Under the pieces are notes generated by a model. It was given only the letters and a program-made list of their open reading frames with translations, was not told the DNA's origin and searched no databases. 64,000 bases of DNA from Stenotrophomonas sp. (GTDB taxonomy: Bacteria; Pseudomonadota; Gammaproteobacteria; Xanthomonadales; Xanthomonadaceae): positions 9,820 through 73,819 of the forward strand of contig DALZZL010000001.1 of assembly GCA_031987425.1 (NCBI GenBank). Direction: 5' to 3'. The position numbers were made by a program, and so were the translations under genes. The stretch's first letter is position 1; every line of letters starts with the position of its first letter. Below are positions 27,434 to 36,905 of the stretch, in pieces.

Positions 27434-28912
27434 ATGAACCGCACGTCCGCACCGCTTTCGATCACGGAGAAGATCGGCTACAGCCTGGGCGACCTGGCGG
27501 CCAACCTGATCTTCCAGACCCTGATCAGTTTCCTGGCGTTCTTCTATACCGACGTCTACCGCATCCCCGCCGCCGCCGCGGCCACGGTGATCTTCAGCGT
27601 CGGCCTGCTCGGCGCGTTCGTGTTCACGCCGGTGGTGGGCATCATCGCCGACCGCACGCGCAGCCGCTGGGGCAAGTTCCGGCCCTGGATCCTGTGGACC
27701 GCGGTGCCGTTCGGCCTGCTGTCGCTGCTGGCATTCTCCACGCCGGACCTGGGCGAGCACGGCAAGATCGCCTATGCCCTGGCGACCTACAGCCTGCTGA
27801 TGCTGGTGTACGTGGCCAACAACCTGCCGTACTCCGCGCTCAGCGGCGTGCTGACCGGCAACATGGACCAGCGCAACAGCTTGTCGGCCTACCGCTTCGT
27901 GGCGGTGATGATCGCCCAGTTCATCATCCAGGTGCTGCTGCTGCCGCTGGTGCTGATCCTCGGCGGTGGTGACAAGGCGCGGGGCTTCCAGCACACCATG
28001 GCGGTGTTCGCGGTGATCGGCACGGTGTTCTTCCTGATCACCTTCTTCACCACGCGCGAGCGCGTGGTACCGGCGGCGGGCGAGGGCGGCAGCATCCGCC
28101 AGGACCTGGCCGACCTGATGCGCAATCGGCCATGGATCGTGATGCTGCTGCTCACCATCCTGGTCTTTGTCACCCTCGCGCTGAAGGGCGGCATGTACAT
28201 CTACTACTTCAAGTACTACCTGAGCGAGCCGGACCTGGCCGCCTTCATCGACGGTGTGGGCTTCAACCGTTTCCTCGCCGGCCTCAACAGCGTGCTCGCC
28301 AGCCTGGGGCTGTCCGCGTTCCAGTGGCCGCAGGATGCGCCGACCTCGGCCTTCAGCCTGTTCAGCGCCGGCGGCATCATCGCGATGATCATCGGCATCG
28401 GCTTCTCGCGGCGCCTGGCCGAGCGCTTCGGCAAGCGCGACGTGTTCGGCGGTGCGCTGCTGGTATCCACGCTGTGCCTGCTGGCCTACCTGCTGTTCCC
28501 GCCGCAGGCGGTGGGGCTGGTGGTGCTGTTCTACATCCTGCATGGCTTCTTCTACGGCATCACCACGCCGCTGCTGTGGGCGATGATCGCCGACGTGGCT
28601 GACTACTCGGAGTGGCGCAACCACCGGCGCGCAACCGCGATCATCTTCTCGGCGATGCTGTGCGGGCTGAAGATCGGCCTGAGCATCGGCGGCGCGCTGG
28701 TGGCGGCGATCCTGGCGCACTACGGCTACGACGGTGGCGCGGCCACGCAGGCCCCGGCGGTGGCCAACGGCATCCGCCTGTCGGTCAGCCTGTACGCCTC
28801 GATTCCATTCCTGGCCGCGGTGGCGCTGTTGTTCCTGTATGAAATAGACAAGCGCACCGAGGTCCGCATCGAGCAGGAGCTGGGCGCGCGTCGCGCCGGC
28901 GCCACGGCCTGA
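27434..28912 (+). CDS. GPH-family glycoside-pentoside-hexuronide:cation symporter (xyloside transporter-like)
   Basis: 492 aa. N-terminus EKIGYSLGDLAANLIFQ and motif GIIADRTRSRWGKFRPW, both typical of the MelB/XylP/XynT family. 12 TM helices. Confidence 0.9.
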   Translation: MNRTSAPLSITEKIGYSLGDLAANLIFQTLISFLAFFYTDVYRIPAAAAATVIFSVGLLGAFVFTPVVGIIADRTRSRWGKFRPWILWTAVPFGLLSLLAFSTPDLGEHGKIAYALATYSLLMLVYVANNLPYSALSGVLTGNMDQRNSLSAYRFVAVMIAQFIIQVLLLPLVLILGGGDKARGFQHTMAVFAVIGTVFFLITFFTTRERVVPAAGEGGSIRQDLADLMRNRPWIVMLLLTILVFVTLALKGGMYIYYFKYYLSEPDLAAFIDGVGFNRFLAGLNSVLASLGLSAFQWPQDAPTSAFSLFSAGGIIAMIIGIGFSRRLAERFGKRDVFGGALLVSTLCLLAYLLFPPQAVGLVVLFYILHGFFYGITTPLLWAMIADVADYSEWRNHRRATAIIFSAMLCGLKIGLSIGGALVAAILAHYGYDGGAATQAPAVANGIRLSVSLYASIPFLAAVALLFLYEIDKRTEVRIEQELGARRAGATA

Positions 28913-28935
28913 CCCTTTCTTCATCGATCGAATCC

Positions 28936-29955
28936 ATGAGCGAACATATCGACCCGGAACGCCTGGCGGCACTGAAGCGCAAGGCCATCTCCGCCCCGCT
29001 GGTAACCGCGCAGTACACCGCCGATCCGTCCGCACACGTCTTCCAGGGACGTGTGTATATCTATCCTTCGCATGACGTCGAGGGCGGTGTCGCCTTCAAC
29101 GACAATGGCGACCACTTCGCGATGGAGGACTACCACGTCTATCGCCAGGATCACCCCGAAGGCGACACGGTGGACTGCGGCATCGCGCTGCATGTACGCG
29201 ACGTGCCCTGGGCCGCGCGGCAGATGTGGGCACCGGACTGCGCCGAGCACGATGGCCGCTATTACCTGTATTTCCCGGCCAAGCGCGCCGACGGCATCTT
29301 CCAGATCGGCGTGGCGGTGGGCGAGCGGCCGGAAGGGCCGTTCGTGGCCGAACCGGCGCCGATCGCCGGCAGCTATTCGATTGACCCGGCGGTGTTCGCC
29401 GACGCCGATGGCGCGCACTATCTGTATTTTGGCGGCATCTGGGGCGGGCAGCTGCAGAAGTATCGCGACAACCACTACGACACGGCGAACGAGGAGCCGC
29501 CGGCCGACGCGGCGGCGCTGGGCCCGCGCATGGCGCGGCTGCGCGCGGACATGAAGGAATTCGACGAAGCGCCGCGCGAGCTGCTGATCCTCGACGAACA
29601 CGGCCAGCCACTGCGTGCCGGCGACCATGACCGCCGCTATTTCGAAGGCCCGTGGATGCACACGCATGGCGGGCGCTACTACCTGTCCTATTCCACCGGC
29701 GACACGCACTACATCTGCTACGCGACCGGCGACAACCCGTATGGGCCGTTCACCTACCAGGGGCGCATCCTCAACCCGGTGATCGGCTGGACCACGCACC
29801 ATTCCATCGTCGAGTTCGACGGGCGCTGGTGGCTGTACTACCACGACTCGCTGCTGTCGGGCGGTGTGACCCATCTGCGTTCGATGAAGGTGGCCGAGCT
29901 GCATCACGATGCCGACGGGCGCATCGCCACGCTCGACCCTTACGGTCATGATTGA
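28936..29955 (+). CDS. Cytoplasmic GH43 beta-xylosidase/alpha-L-arabinofuranosidase
   Basis: 339 aa with no signal peptide. GH43 motifs YTADPSAHVF (catalytic Asp), MWAPDC, SIDPAVF and YFEGPWMH (catalytic Glu). Confidence 0.88.
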   Translation: MSEHIDPERLAALKRKAISAPLVTAQYTADPSAHVFQGRVYIYPSHDVEGGVAFNDNGDHFAMEDYHVYRQDHPEGDTVDCGIALHVRDVPWAARQMWAPDCAEHDGRYYLYFPAKRADGIFQIGVAVGERPEGPFVAEPAPIAGSYSIDPAVFADADGAHYLYFGGIWGGQLQKYRDNHYDTANEEPPADAAALGPRMARLRADMKEFDEAPRELLILDEHGQPLRAGDHDRRYFEGPWMHTHGGRYYLSYSTGDTHYICYATGDNPYGPFTYQGRILNPVIGWTTHHSIVEFDGRWWLYYHDSLLSGGVTHLRSMKVAELHHDADGRIATLDPYGHD

Positions 29956-30766
29956 CCTTGCGATGACAGCGCTGCCGGTGGGCGAGCGCATCGTGCTGCG
30001 TGCCGGCGCCACGGAAGTGCTGGTGACGCCAGCGGCGGGCGGGCGTGTGGCGCAGCTGCGGCATGCCGGCGTCGATTGGTTGGTGGGGCCGGATGATGGC
30101 TTTGATGCGGCCATCGCCTGGGGTGCCTATCCGATGGTGCCGTGGGCGGGGCGCATCCGGAATGGTCGTTTCGAATTCGAGGGCAGGCCGTGGCAATTGC
30201 CATTGAGCCTGGGGCCGCATGCGATCCATGGCGTGGGCTTCCTGCGTACGTGGGAAGTGGTGGCGCGCAGCGAGCAGGCGCTGACGTTGGCGCTGGCGTT
30301 GGAGGAGGGCGCCGGGTGGCCGTTTGGCGGACGCGTGGTGCAGCGTATCGCGGTGATGCCGGATCGGGTGCGGCTGGAGATGACCTTGACCGCCGGCGCG
30401 CGGGCGATGCCGCTGCCGGTGCTGGGCTGGCATCCTTGGTTCCGCAAGGTTCAGACGTTTGCGTTCGCACCGCAGGCTTATTACCCGCGAGATGCGGAGG
30501 GCATCGCGACGTTGCCGTTGGCGCCGCCGCCGGGGCCGAAGGACGATTGCTACGTGTGCGATACGCCGATCGTCCTGATGCGCGAAGGGCAGCGGCTGAT
30601 GTTGCGCTCGGATGCGACGCACTGGGTGTATTACGACGAGCCGGCGCACGCGACCTGTTTCGAGCCGCAGAGCGGGCCGCCGGATGCGTTCAACCTGCGG
30701 AGCGAGGTATTGCCGGCGGGGGGCGAGGTGTCGATCTGGTTTGAGTTGGTGTTTGCGGACGCTTGA
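29948..30766 (+). CDS. Aldose 1-epimerase family protein
   Basis: 272 aa from MIDLAMTAL. The ATG at 29948 overlaps the GH43 stop by 8 nt. Motifs YPMVPWAGRIRNGRF, HAIHGVG and LGWHPWF. Confidence 0.82.
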   Translation: MIDLAMTALPVGERIVLRAGATEVLVTPAAGGRVAQLRHAGVDWLVGPDDGFDAAIAWGAYPMVPWAGRIRNGRFEFEGRPWQLPLSLGPHAIHGVGFLRTWEVVARSEQALTLALALEEGAGWPFGGRVVQRIAVMPDRVRLEMTLTAGARAMPLPVLGWHPWFRKVQTFAFAPQAYYPRDAEGIATLPLAPPPGPKDDCYVCDTPIVLMREGQRLMLRSDATHWVYYDEPAHATCFEPQSGPPDAFNLRSEVLPAGGEVSIWFELVFADA

Positions 30767-30770
30767 TCGC

Positions 30771-30979
30771 GTCGGGGCTGAAGCCCCTCCTACAAGGGGA
30801 GTCCCCATTGCCCCCACATTGTAGGAGCGGCTTCAGCCGCGACTGCCATCTGCCAGCTCGCGACTCCGCTCGTCGGGGCTGAAGCCCCTCCCACAAGGGG
30901 AGCCCCATTGCTCCAATATTGTAGGAGCGGCTAAAGCCCGTAGAGCACAGAACATTGTAGGAGCGGCTTCAGCCGCGAC
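30771..30979. repeat. Cluster of five REP-like 24-nt palindromic units (BIME-like)
   Basis: Units GTCGGGGCTGAAGCCCCTCCTACA (30771-30794) and GTCGGGGCTGAAGCCCCTCCCACA (30872-30895). Opposite-orientation units TGTAGGAGCGGCTTCAGCCGCGAC (30820-30843 and 30956-30979). One degenerate copy near 30920. The cluster lies between convergent genes. Confidence 0.85.
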
Positions 30980-31004
30980 CGCCATCCCGCAGCTTGCGAC
31001 ACCC

Positions 31005-32687
31005 CTACAACGTCCCAGCATTCTCCCCATCGCGCCACGCATACGGCCCGAATGTCGCACCAATGAACCCGCCCGCCGTCTGCGTACTCAACAGCCGCGC
31101 ATCCAGCTCCCCCTCCAGTGCCTGCCACGGCCCCGTGCCCACGGCATACTCCGCGCGCAACGCCGCGCCATCGAGCCGGAACCTCAGCCGCGCCGTCGTC
31201 GCCCCTTCGGGAAGCACCACCGACGCTATCGCCACGCCCTGTTTGGGCACCTCATCTCCCGCACGCCGCCACAACCCCAGCGTCGTCGTCCCGCCATCAC
31301 GCGCCAGTGCCAGCGCGTAGAAGTAGCGCTCACTCTGCAGCAACGCCAGTCCGGCATGCTCGCCCACCGTCAGCCCACTCACCGCCACCGTGGCCTCCAC
31401 CGTGGCGTGGTGATGTTGCAGGCGGTGTCCCAGATAGCTCGGCTGCCCGACCGCGAACTCACCCAGCGGCGTGGCCGATGGCGTGATCCGCAATCCGCCA
31501 CGCCCGGTCGCATACCACGCGCTGCGCGGTGCGTTGATGCCCACCCAGGCCAATGGCAGCTGCTTGCCGGTGAACGATTCCCGCCACGCCATCGGGCCGC
31601 TCATTGGTGCGATGCCGGGTGTGCGGGGCAGGGCAGGGCGGGGCGCCACCACCGGCACGCGCTCGCCATGCGCCAGCACCCGCGGCCAGCCGTCCTCCCA
31701 ATGCACCGGCAGCAGGAACGTCTCGCGGCCGATGTTGTAGTGATTACCCTCATACGGCCGCGTGGCCAGGAACACCGCCCACCAGCTGCCGTCCTTGAGC
31801 TCGACGAACTGCGCATGGCCGGCCGAGGTCACCGGGTCCGGTCGCGCCGGGTCCAGGTCGCGCTGGGTCAGCGACGGATTGTCCTGCCACGCCTCGTAGG
31901 GGCCGAAGATCGCGCGGCTGCGATACACCATCTGCGCATGCTGCTCGCCGGTGCCGCCTTCGGCGGCGGTCAGGTAGTAGTAGTCGCCATGGCGGAACAG
32001 ATGCGGGCCCTCCACATGTTCCGGGTTCTTCGCGGGGTCGGCGCCGGCGTCCACCAGCACCTTGCGCGGTCCCACCATCTGCATCGTCTTCAAGTCCAGC
32101 TGCTGCAGCCAGATCGCACGATGTCCGTCATAGCGCAGCTTGCCTTCCGGCAGCCCGTTGTTGACGACCCAGGCGCTGCCGTCGCGGTCGAAGAACAGCG
32201 ATGGGTCGATGCCCTCGAAGCCCAGCCAGTGCGGATCGGACCACGGGCCCGCCGGTTGCTTCGTGGTGATGACGAAGTTGCCGCGGTCGCAGTAGAAGCA
32301 GGTGTTGGTGATGTAGAACGTGCCGTCGTGCTCGCTGATCGAGGCCGCGAACAGGCCGCGGGTCAGCTCGTGTGGGCCGAGTTCGACCTGCCCGGGGCGG
32401 TCGATGGCATTGCCCACCTGCTGCCAGTCCACCAGGTTGCGGCTATGGAACACCGGCAGGCCCGGGAAGTAGCCGAAGCTGGAATTGACCAGATAGAAGT
32501 CGTCGCCCGCGCGCACCAGCGAGGGGTCAGGGTAGAAACCGGCCAGGATCGGGTTGCGGTACTGCGCCGCGGTCGGCACCGGGCCGCCGTCGTCGCCCTG
32601 GTAGCGAACTTCCGTGAAGCGGGCCTCGCCCGCCTGCGCGGTGAATGCCACCGCCGCCAGCCAGATCCATCGCCAAGCGTGTCCCAT
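31005..32687 (-). CDS. Secreted GH43 beta-xylosidase/arabinofuranosidase with a C-terminal beta-sandwich domain
   Basis: 560 aa with signal peptide MGHAWRWIWLAAVAFTAQA. GH43 motifs NPILAGFYPDPS, EGIDPSLFFD and VEGPHLF. The C-terminal ~200 aa resemble a concanavalin-like GH43_C2 domain. Confidence 0.9.
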   Translation of the reverse strand: MGHAWRWIWLAAVAFTAQAGEARFTEVRYQGDDGGPVPTAAQYRNPILAGFYPDPSLVRAGDDFYLVNSSFGYFPGLPVFHSRNLVDWQQVGNAIDRPGQVELGPHELTRGLFAASISEHDGTFYITNTCFYCDRGNFVITTKQPAGPWSDPHWLGFEGIDPSLFFDRDGSAWVVNNGLPEGKLRYDGHRAIWLQQLDLKTMQMVGPRKVLVDAGADPAKNPEHVEGPHLFRHGDYYYLTAAEGGTGEQHAQMVYRSRAIFGPYEAWQDNPSLTQRDLDPARPDPVTSAGHAQFVELKDGSWWAVFLATRPYEGNHYNIGRETFLLPVHWEDGWPRVLAHGERVPVVAPRPALPRTPGIAPMSGPMAWRESFTGKQLPLAWVGINAPRSAWYATGRGGLRITPSATPLGEFAVGQPSYLGHRLQHHHATVEATVAVSGLTVGEHAGLALLQSERYFYALALARDGGTTTLGLWRRAGDEVPKQGVAIASVVLPEGATTARLRFRLDGAALRAEYAVGTGPWQALEGELDARLLSTQTAGGFIGATFGPYAWRDGENAGTL

Positions 32688-32881
32688 CTCGTGCCTCCTC
32701 CCATCAGGACCGGCATCAAAGCATGCGCCGGTACCCGGCGGACGCGCGAGCCATGAAGATTTCGCACGCTGCTATGCCTGGTGGTCATCCGAAGCCTGGC
32801 GTCGATCATCCACAAGGATGATTCCGCCGTCACCGGCATCGGCCTAGGCTGGGGGACATTCCCCCTCGCAGGAGTGTCCAG

Positions 32882-34603
32882 ATGCGTCAGAACGCGGCCG
32901 AATACATGGCCCAGGTACTGGAGATCGCCGGGGTCGAGCGCGTCTACGGCGTGGTCGGCGATTCCTTGAACGGCTTCACCGACGCCCTGCGCGCGCGCGG
33001 CCGCATCGACTGGGTGCATATGCGCCACGAGGAGGCCGGCGCGTTCGCCGCGGGCGCCGAGGCGCAGCTGACCGGCGAGCTGGCGGTGTGCGTCGGCAGC
33101 TGTGGGCCGGGCAACCTGCACATGATCAACGGCCTGTACGACTGCCATCGCAGTGGGGCGCCGGTACTGGCGATCGCGGCGCACATCCCCAGCAGCGAGA
33201 TCGGCATCGATTACTTCCAGGCCACGCATCCGGAGATCCTGTTCAAGGAGTGCAGCCATTACGTCGAGCTGGTGTCGCAGCCCGAGCAGCTGCCGCAGAT
33301 CCTCGATCGGGCGATGCGTGTGGCCATCGCCCGGCGCGGCGTGGCGGTGGTGGTGATCTCCGGCGATACCGCGCTCAAGCCGCTGGACGCGCCCCTGCCG
33401 AAATGGATCGCGCCGGCGCCGCCGGTGGTGCAGGCCGCGTCCGCCGAACTGCGCCAGGCCGCCGATATCCTCAATGCGGCTGGTCGGGTCACCTTGATGT
33501 GCGGCGCCGGCTGCGCGCAGGCCCGGGACGCGGTGATCGCCGTGGCCGAGAAGCTGCGCGCGCCGATCGTGCATGCGCTGCGCGGCAAGGAGTGGCTGGA
33601 ACACGACAACCCCTTCGATGTCGGCATGACCGGGTTGATCGGCTTCTCCTCCGGCTACGCGGCGATGAAAGCCTGCGATACGTTGCTGCTGCTCGGCACC
33701 AATTTCCCGTACCGGCAGTTCTATCCGGAAGATGCGCGGGTCATCCAGATCGATCTCAATCCTGAGTCACTGGGCAACCGCACGCAGGTGGAACTCGGCA
33801 TCCAGGCCGATCTACGCCAGGCCTTGCCGCAGCTGCTGCCCTTGCTGACCACCAAGACCGACGATGCGCACCTGGACAGTGCGCGCGCGCACTATGCCCA
33901 GGCGCGCGAGGAGCTGGACGCGCTGGCGCGCATCGAGCCGGATGGCGAGGTGGTACATCCGCAACAGCTCAACCGGCTGGTCAGCGAACTGGCTACCGAA
34001 GATGCGATCTTCACCTGCGACGTCGGCACGCCCACGGTCTGGGCGGCGCGCTACCTGCAACTCAACGGCAAGCGGCGCCTGCTCGGCTCCTTCAACCACG
34101 GCTCGATGGCCAATGCCATGCTGCAGGCCATCGGCGCGCAGGCCAGCCACCCGCAGCGCCAGGTGGTGTCGCTGTCCGGCGATGGCGGCTTCACGATGAT
34201 GATGGGTGACTTCATCACGCTGGCGCAGCTGGGGCTGCCGGTAAAGGTGGTGGTGCTCAACAACGGCACGCTGGGGTTCGTCGAACTGGAGATGAAGGCA
34301 GCCGGGCTGCTAGATACCGGCTGTGAGTTGATCAACCCGGACTTCGCCGCGATGGCGCGGGCGATGGGTGTGGCCGGCTGGCGGGTGGAGCGCCCGGGCC
34401 AGTTGCGCGAGGCCTTGCAGGCGGCGTTCGACCACCCGGGGCCGGCACTGGTCGACGTGGTCAGCGCGCGGCAGGAACTGGTGATGCCGCCGAAACCTTC
34501 CTGGGGCCAAGCCAAGGACTTCGGGCTGTTCCTGCTCAAGGCGGTGCTGGATGGCCGCGGCGCGCAGGTGATGGACCTGGCGAAGGTCAACCTGCGCCGC
34601 TGA
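32882..34603 (+). CDS. poxB: Pyruvate dehydrogenase (quinone), a ThDP/FAD enzyme
   Basis: 573 aa, nearly colinear with E. coli PoxB. Shared motifs include GVVGDSLNG, HEEAGAFAAGAEAQLTGELAVCVGSCGPGNLH, AIAAHIPSSEIG and ThDP motif GDGGF...NN. GCAGGAG RBS. Confidence 0.92.
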   Translation: MRQNAAEYMAQVLEIAGVERVYGVVGDSLNGFTDALRARGRIDWVHMRHEEAGAFAAGAEAQLTGELAVCVGSCGPGNLHMINGLYDCHRSGAPVLAIAAHIPSSEIGIDYFQATHPEILFKECSHYVELVSQPEQLPQILDRAMRVAIARRGVAVVVISGDTALKPLDAPLPKWIAPAPPVVQAASAELRQAADILNAAGRVTLMCGAGCAQARDAVIAVAEKLRAPIVHALRGKEWLEHDNPFDVGMTGLIGFSSGYAAMKACDTLLLLGTNFPYRQFYPEDARVIQIDLNPESLGNRTQVELGIQADLRQALPQLLPLLTTKTDDAHLDSARAHYAQAREELDALARIEPDGEVVHPQQLNRLVSELATEDAIFTCDVGTPTVWAARYLQLNGKRRLLGSFNHGSMANAMLQAIGAQASHPQRQVVSLSGDGGFTMMMGDFITLAQLGLPVKVVVLNNGTLGFVELEMKAAGLLDTGCELINPDFAAMARAMGVAGWRVERPGQLREALQAAFDHPGPALVDVVSARQELVMPPKPSWGQAKDFGLFLLKAVLDGRGAQVMDLAKVNLRR

Positions 34604-34620
34604 TGTCGCTGACCCGCCTC

Positions 34621-34704
34621 TGTAGGAGGGGCTTCAGCCCCGACCGTGCGGTATCCGCCGTGATATCCAGGCCGTCAGCCGTCGCGGCTGAAGCCGCTCC
34701 TACA
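34621..34704. repeat. Inverted pair of REP-like units, probable bidirectional terminator between poxB and the CorA-like gene
   Basis: TGTAGGAGGGGCTTCAGCCCCGAC (34621-34644) and GTCGCGGCTGAAGCCGCTCCTACA (34681-34704) are in opposite orientation, separated by 36 nt. Confidence 0.8.
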
Positions 34705-34727
34705 CGTGGCAGGTGCGGCAGCGGTAC

Positions 34728-35738
34728 CTAGTCCCCGCGCGGCCGGAACGAGAACCACGCCAGCACCGCCGTCAGCAGCACCAGCATCGTCACCACGATC
34801 GTGAAGCCATGCCCGCTGCCTGCCAGCGGGATCCCGCCCACGTTCATCCCGAACAGGCCCGCCACCAGGTTCACCGGCAAGGCCAGCACCGTCACCACGG
34901 TCAGCACGAACAGCGTGCGGCTGGTCTGCTCGTTGACCAGCGCCGCCAGTTCTTCCTGGATCAGCTTGACCCGCTCGACCAGCGCCGCCGAATCGGCGAT
35001 CACCGTGGAGAACTCCTCGGCCGCCTGGCGCAGGTCGATCACGTCGTCGGCGCTGATCCACGCTGGTGGCCGGTTCAGCAGCCGGAACAGCGCCGCCGGC
35101 TCGGGCGCCAGCAGCCGCTGCAGGCGCACCAGGGTGCGGCGCAGCGCGCCAAGTTCCTTGCGGTCGGTGGAGACCTGGCGGGCGAGCAGGCGGTCCTCGA
35201 TCCGGTCCACCTGCGCGGTGGACTTGCGCAGGATGTCGCCGAGCACGTTGGCCTGGTCGCGCAGCAGGTGCGCCAACAGTTCCACCGGCGAACGGAACGC
35301 CTGGCCGCTGCGGATGTCCGCGCGCAGGCGGTCCACCGAACGCAGCGGGCGCAGGCGGGCGCTCACCACCAGCCGCGGGCCGATGCACAGGCTGGTGGTG
35401 CCGACATCGGAAGCATCGAAGCTGGAGTCGAACAGCACGTCGTGGATCACCGCCACCAGCGCGCCATCATCCAGTTCCAGGCGGGTCGCGCCGACCTCGC
35501 TGCGCAGCGAGTCGTGGAAGGCGTCGGGCAGGGCGAGGGCGCGGCGCAGGTAGCGCTCCGAACCCTGGTTGGACAACGCGAAATGCAGCCACAGGAAGCT
35601 GTCGTCGTCGGGCGCGTCGGCCAGGAAGGCATCCGCCGCGTCGGTGCCGATCGGCTCGGCGGGCTGGTCCGGGCGGAAACGGTAGCCCCAGATCAGGCCG
35701 TTGTCGTCGGAGCCGTAGGTGTTTTCGATCTTGCGCAT
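34728..35738 (-). CDS. CorA-family divalent cation transporter (ZntB-like)
   Basis: 336 aa. Cytoplasmic N-domain, two C-terminal TM helices and the GMN-type motif LFGMNVGGIP. ATG at 35736-35738. Confidence 0.88.
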   Translation of the reverse strand: MRKIENTYGSDDNGLIWGYRFRPDQPAEPIGTDAADAFLADAPDDDSFLWLHFALSNQGSERYLRRALALPDAFHDSLRSEVGATRLELDDGALVAVIHDVLFDSSFDASDVGTTSLCIGPRLVVSARLRPLRSVDRLRADIRSGQAFRSPVELLAHLLRDQANVLGDILRKSTAQVDRIEDRLLARQVSTDRKELGALRRTLVRLQRLLAPEPAALFRLLNRPPAWISADDVIDLRQAAEEFSTVIADSAALVERVKLIQEELAALVNEQTSRTLFVLTVVTVLALPVNLVAGLFGMNVGGIPLAGSGHGFTIVVTMLVLLTAVLAWFSFRPRGD

Positions 35739-35859
35739 GTTCCGGACGCCGTGGCTGCCCCGCGAAGGGTAGCCGAAACCGATGACATGCCGCGTGGCGA
35801 CACCGGCCGCTGGCGCGGGAACGTATCATGCGGGTCCGTTTTCCGACCCAGGTGCCGCC

Positions 35860-36780
35860 ATGTCCTCCTCCGCCTTCTATCCCGTCGGCACCCCCGGCCA
35901 GCCCTGGGGCGAGGCGGAGAAACAGCAGTGGCTGGGCCGCCAGCGCAAGCTGCGCAGCTATGCGGACGAAGTGGTCGCCGGCATCGATGCCTTGCGTGAT
36001 GACTTCGACGTGTCGGTGTATGGCGAACTCGACTATGCCCCCGAGCGCTATCCGCTGTATGCGGTGCGCAGCCGTGACTGGAACGACGGCCTGCCCACCG
36101 CGCTGGTCACCGGCGGCGTGCATGGCTATGAAACCAGCGGCGTGCAGGGCGCGCTGCAGTTCCTGCGCGAGTCGGCGCGCGACTACGCCGGCCGGGTCAA
36201 CCTGCTGGTGGTGCCCTGTGTCAGTCCGTGGGGCTACGAACGCATCCACCGCTGGAATCCGCGGGCGATCGATCCGAACCGCTCGTTCCGTGCCGACAGC
36301 CCGGCCGGCGAGTCGGCGGCGCTGTGGGCGCTGGTGACACCGATCCGCCAGCGCGTGCGGCTGCACATCGACCTGCACGAGACCACCGACAGCGACGAGA
36401 GCGAGTTCCGCCCGGCGCTGGCCGCGCGTGACGGCAAGCCGTTCGAGCCGGACGGCATTCCGGATGGCTTCTACCTGGTGGGCGACAGCGAGAATCCGCA
36501 GCTGGACTTCCAGCGCGCCGTGATCGCGGCGGTGGCCGGCGTCACCCACATCGCGCCGGCCGACGCGCGTGGCCTGATCATCGGTTCGCCGGTGGTGGCG
36601 CCCGGCGTGATCGAGTATCCGGTCAAGCGCCTGGGTTTGTGCGCCGGCATCACCGATGCGGTCTACACCACGACCACCGAGGTGTATCCGGACAGCGCCC
36701 ATGCGACCGCGGCCGAGTGCAACGCGGCGCAGGTCGCGGCGATCCGCGCCGCGCTGGACTACGCGCTCGCGCAGGGCTGA
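35860..36780 (+). CDS. M14-family zinc carboxypeptidase / succinylglutamate desuccinylase-like hydrolase
   Basis: 306 aa from MSSSAFYP. Zinc ligand motifs GGVHGYETSG (H-x-x-E) and HIDLHETTD. ATG at 35860. Confidence 0.78.
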   Translation: MSSSAFYPVGTPGQPWGEAEKQQWLGRQRKLRSYADEVVAGIDALRDDFDVSVYGELDYAPERYPLYAVRSRDWNDGLPTALVTGGVHGYETSGVQGALQFLRESARDYAGRVNLLVVPCVSPWGYERIHRWNPRAIDPNRSFRADSPAGESAALWALVTPIRQRVRLHIDLHETTDSDESEFRPALAARDGKPFEPDGIPDGFYLVGDSENPQLDFQRAVIAAVAGVTHIAPADARGLIIGSPVVAPGVIEYPVKRLGLCAGITDAVYTTTTEVYPDSAHATAAECNAAQVAAIRAALDYALAQG

Positions 36781-36905
36781 GGCCTACGCCCACCCCCGTA
36801 GCTTCCCCGGCATCCGCGACGGGGTTGCCTGATCCATTCCACTGGCATTGCCCGCTGTGACGGGTACGGCGGGTTCGCCATCCTGATCGCCACAGGAGGA
36901 TGGCG

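Noticed and set aside
30771-30979. Considered whether the clustered 24-nt repeats could be a small CRISPR array.
   Set aside because: The units occur in both orientations and are themselves hairpins. The spacers are unequal (25-60 nt) and partly similar to each other. The same unit recurs as an inverted pair at 34621-34704. No cas genes are present. This is REP/BIME behaviour.
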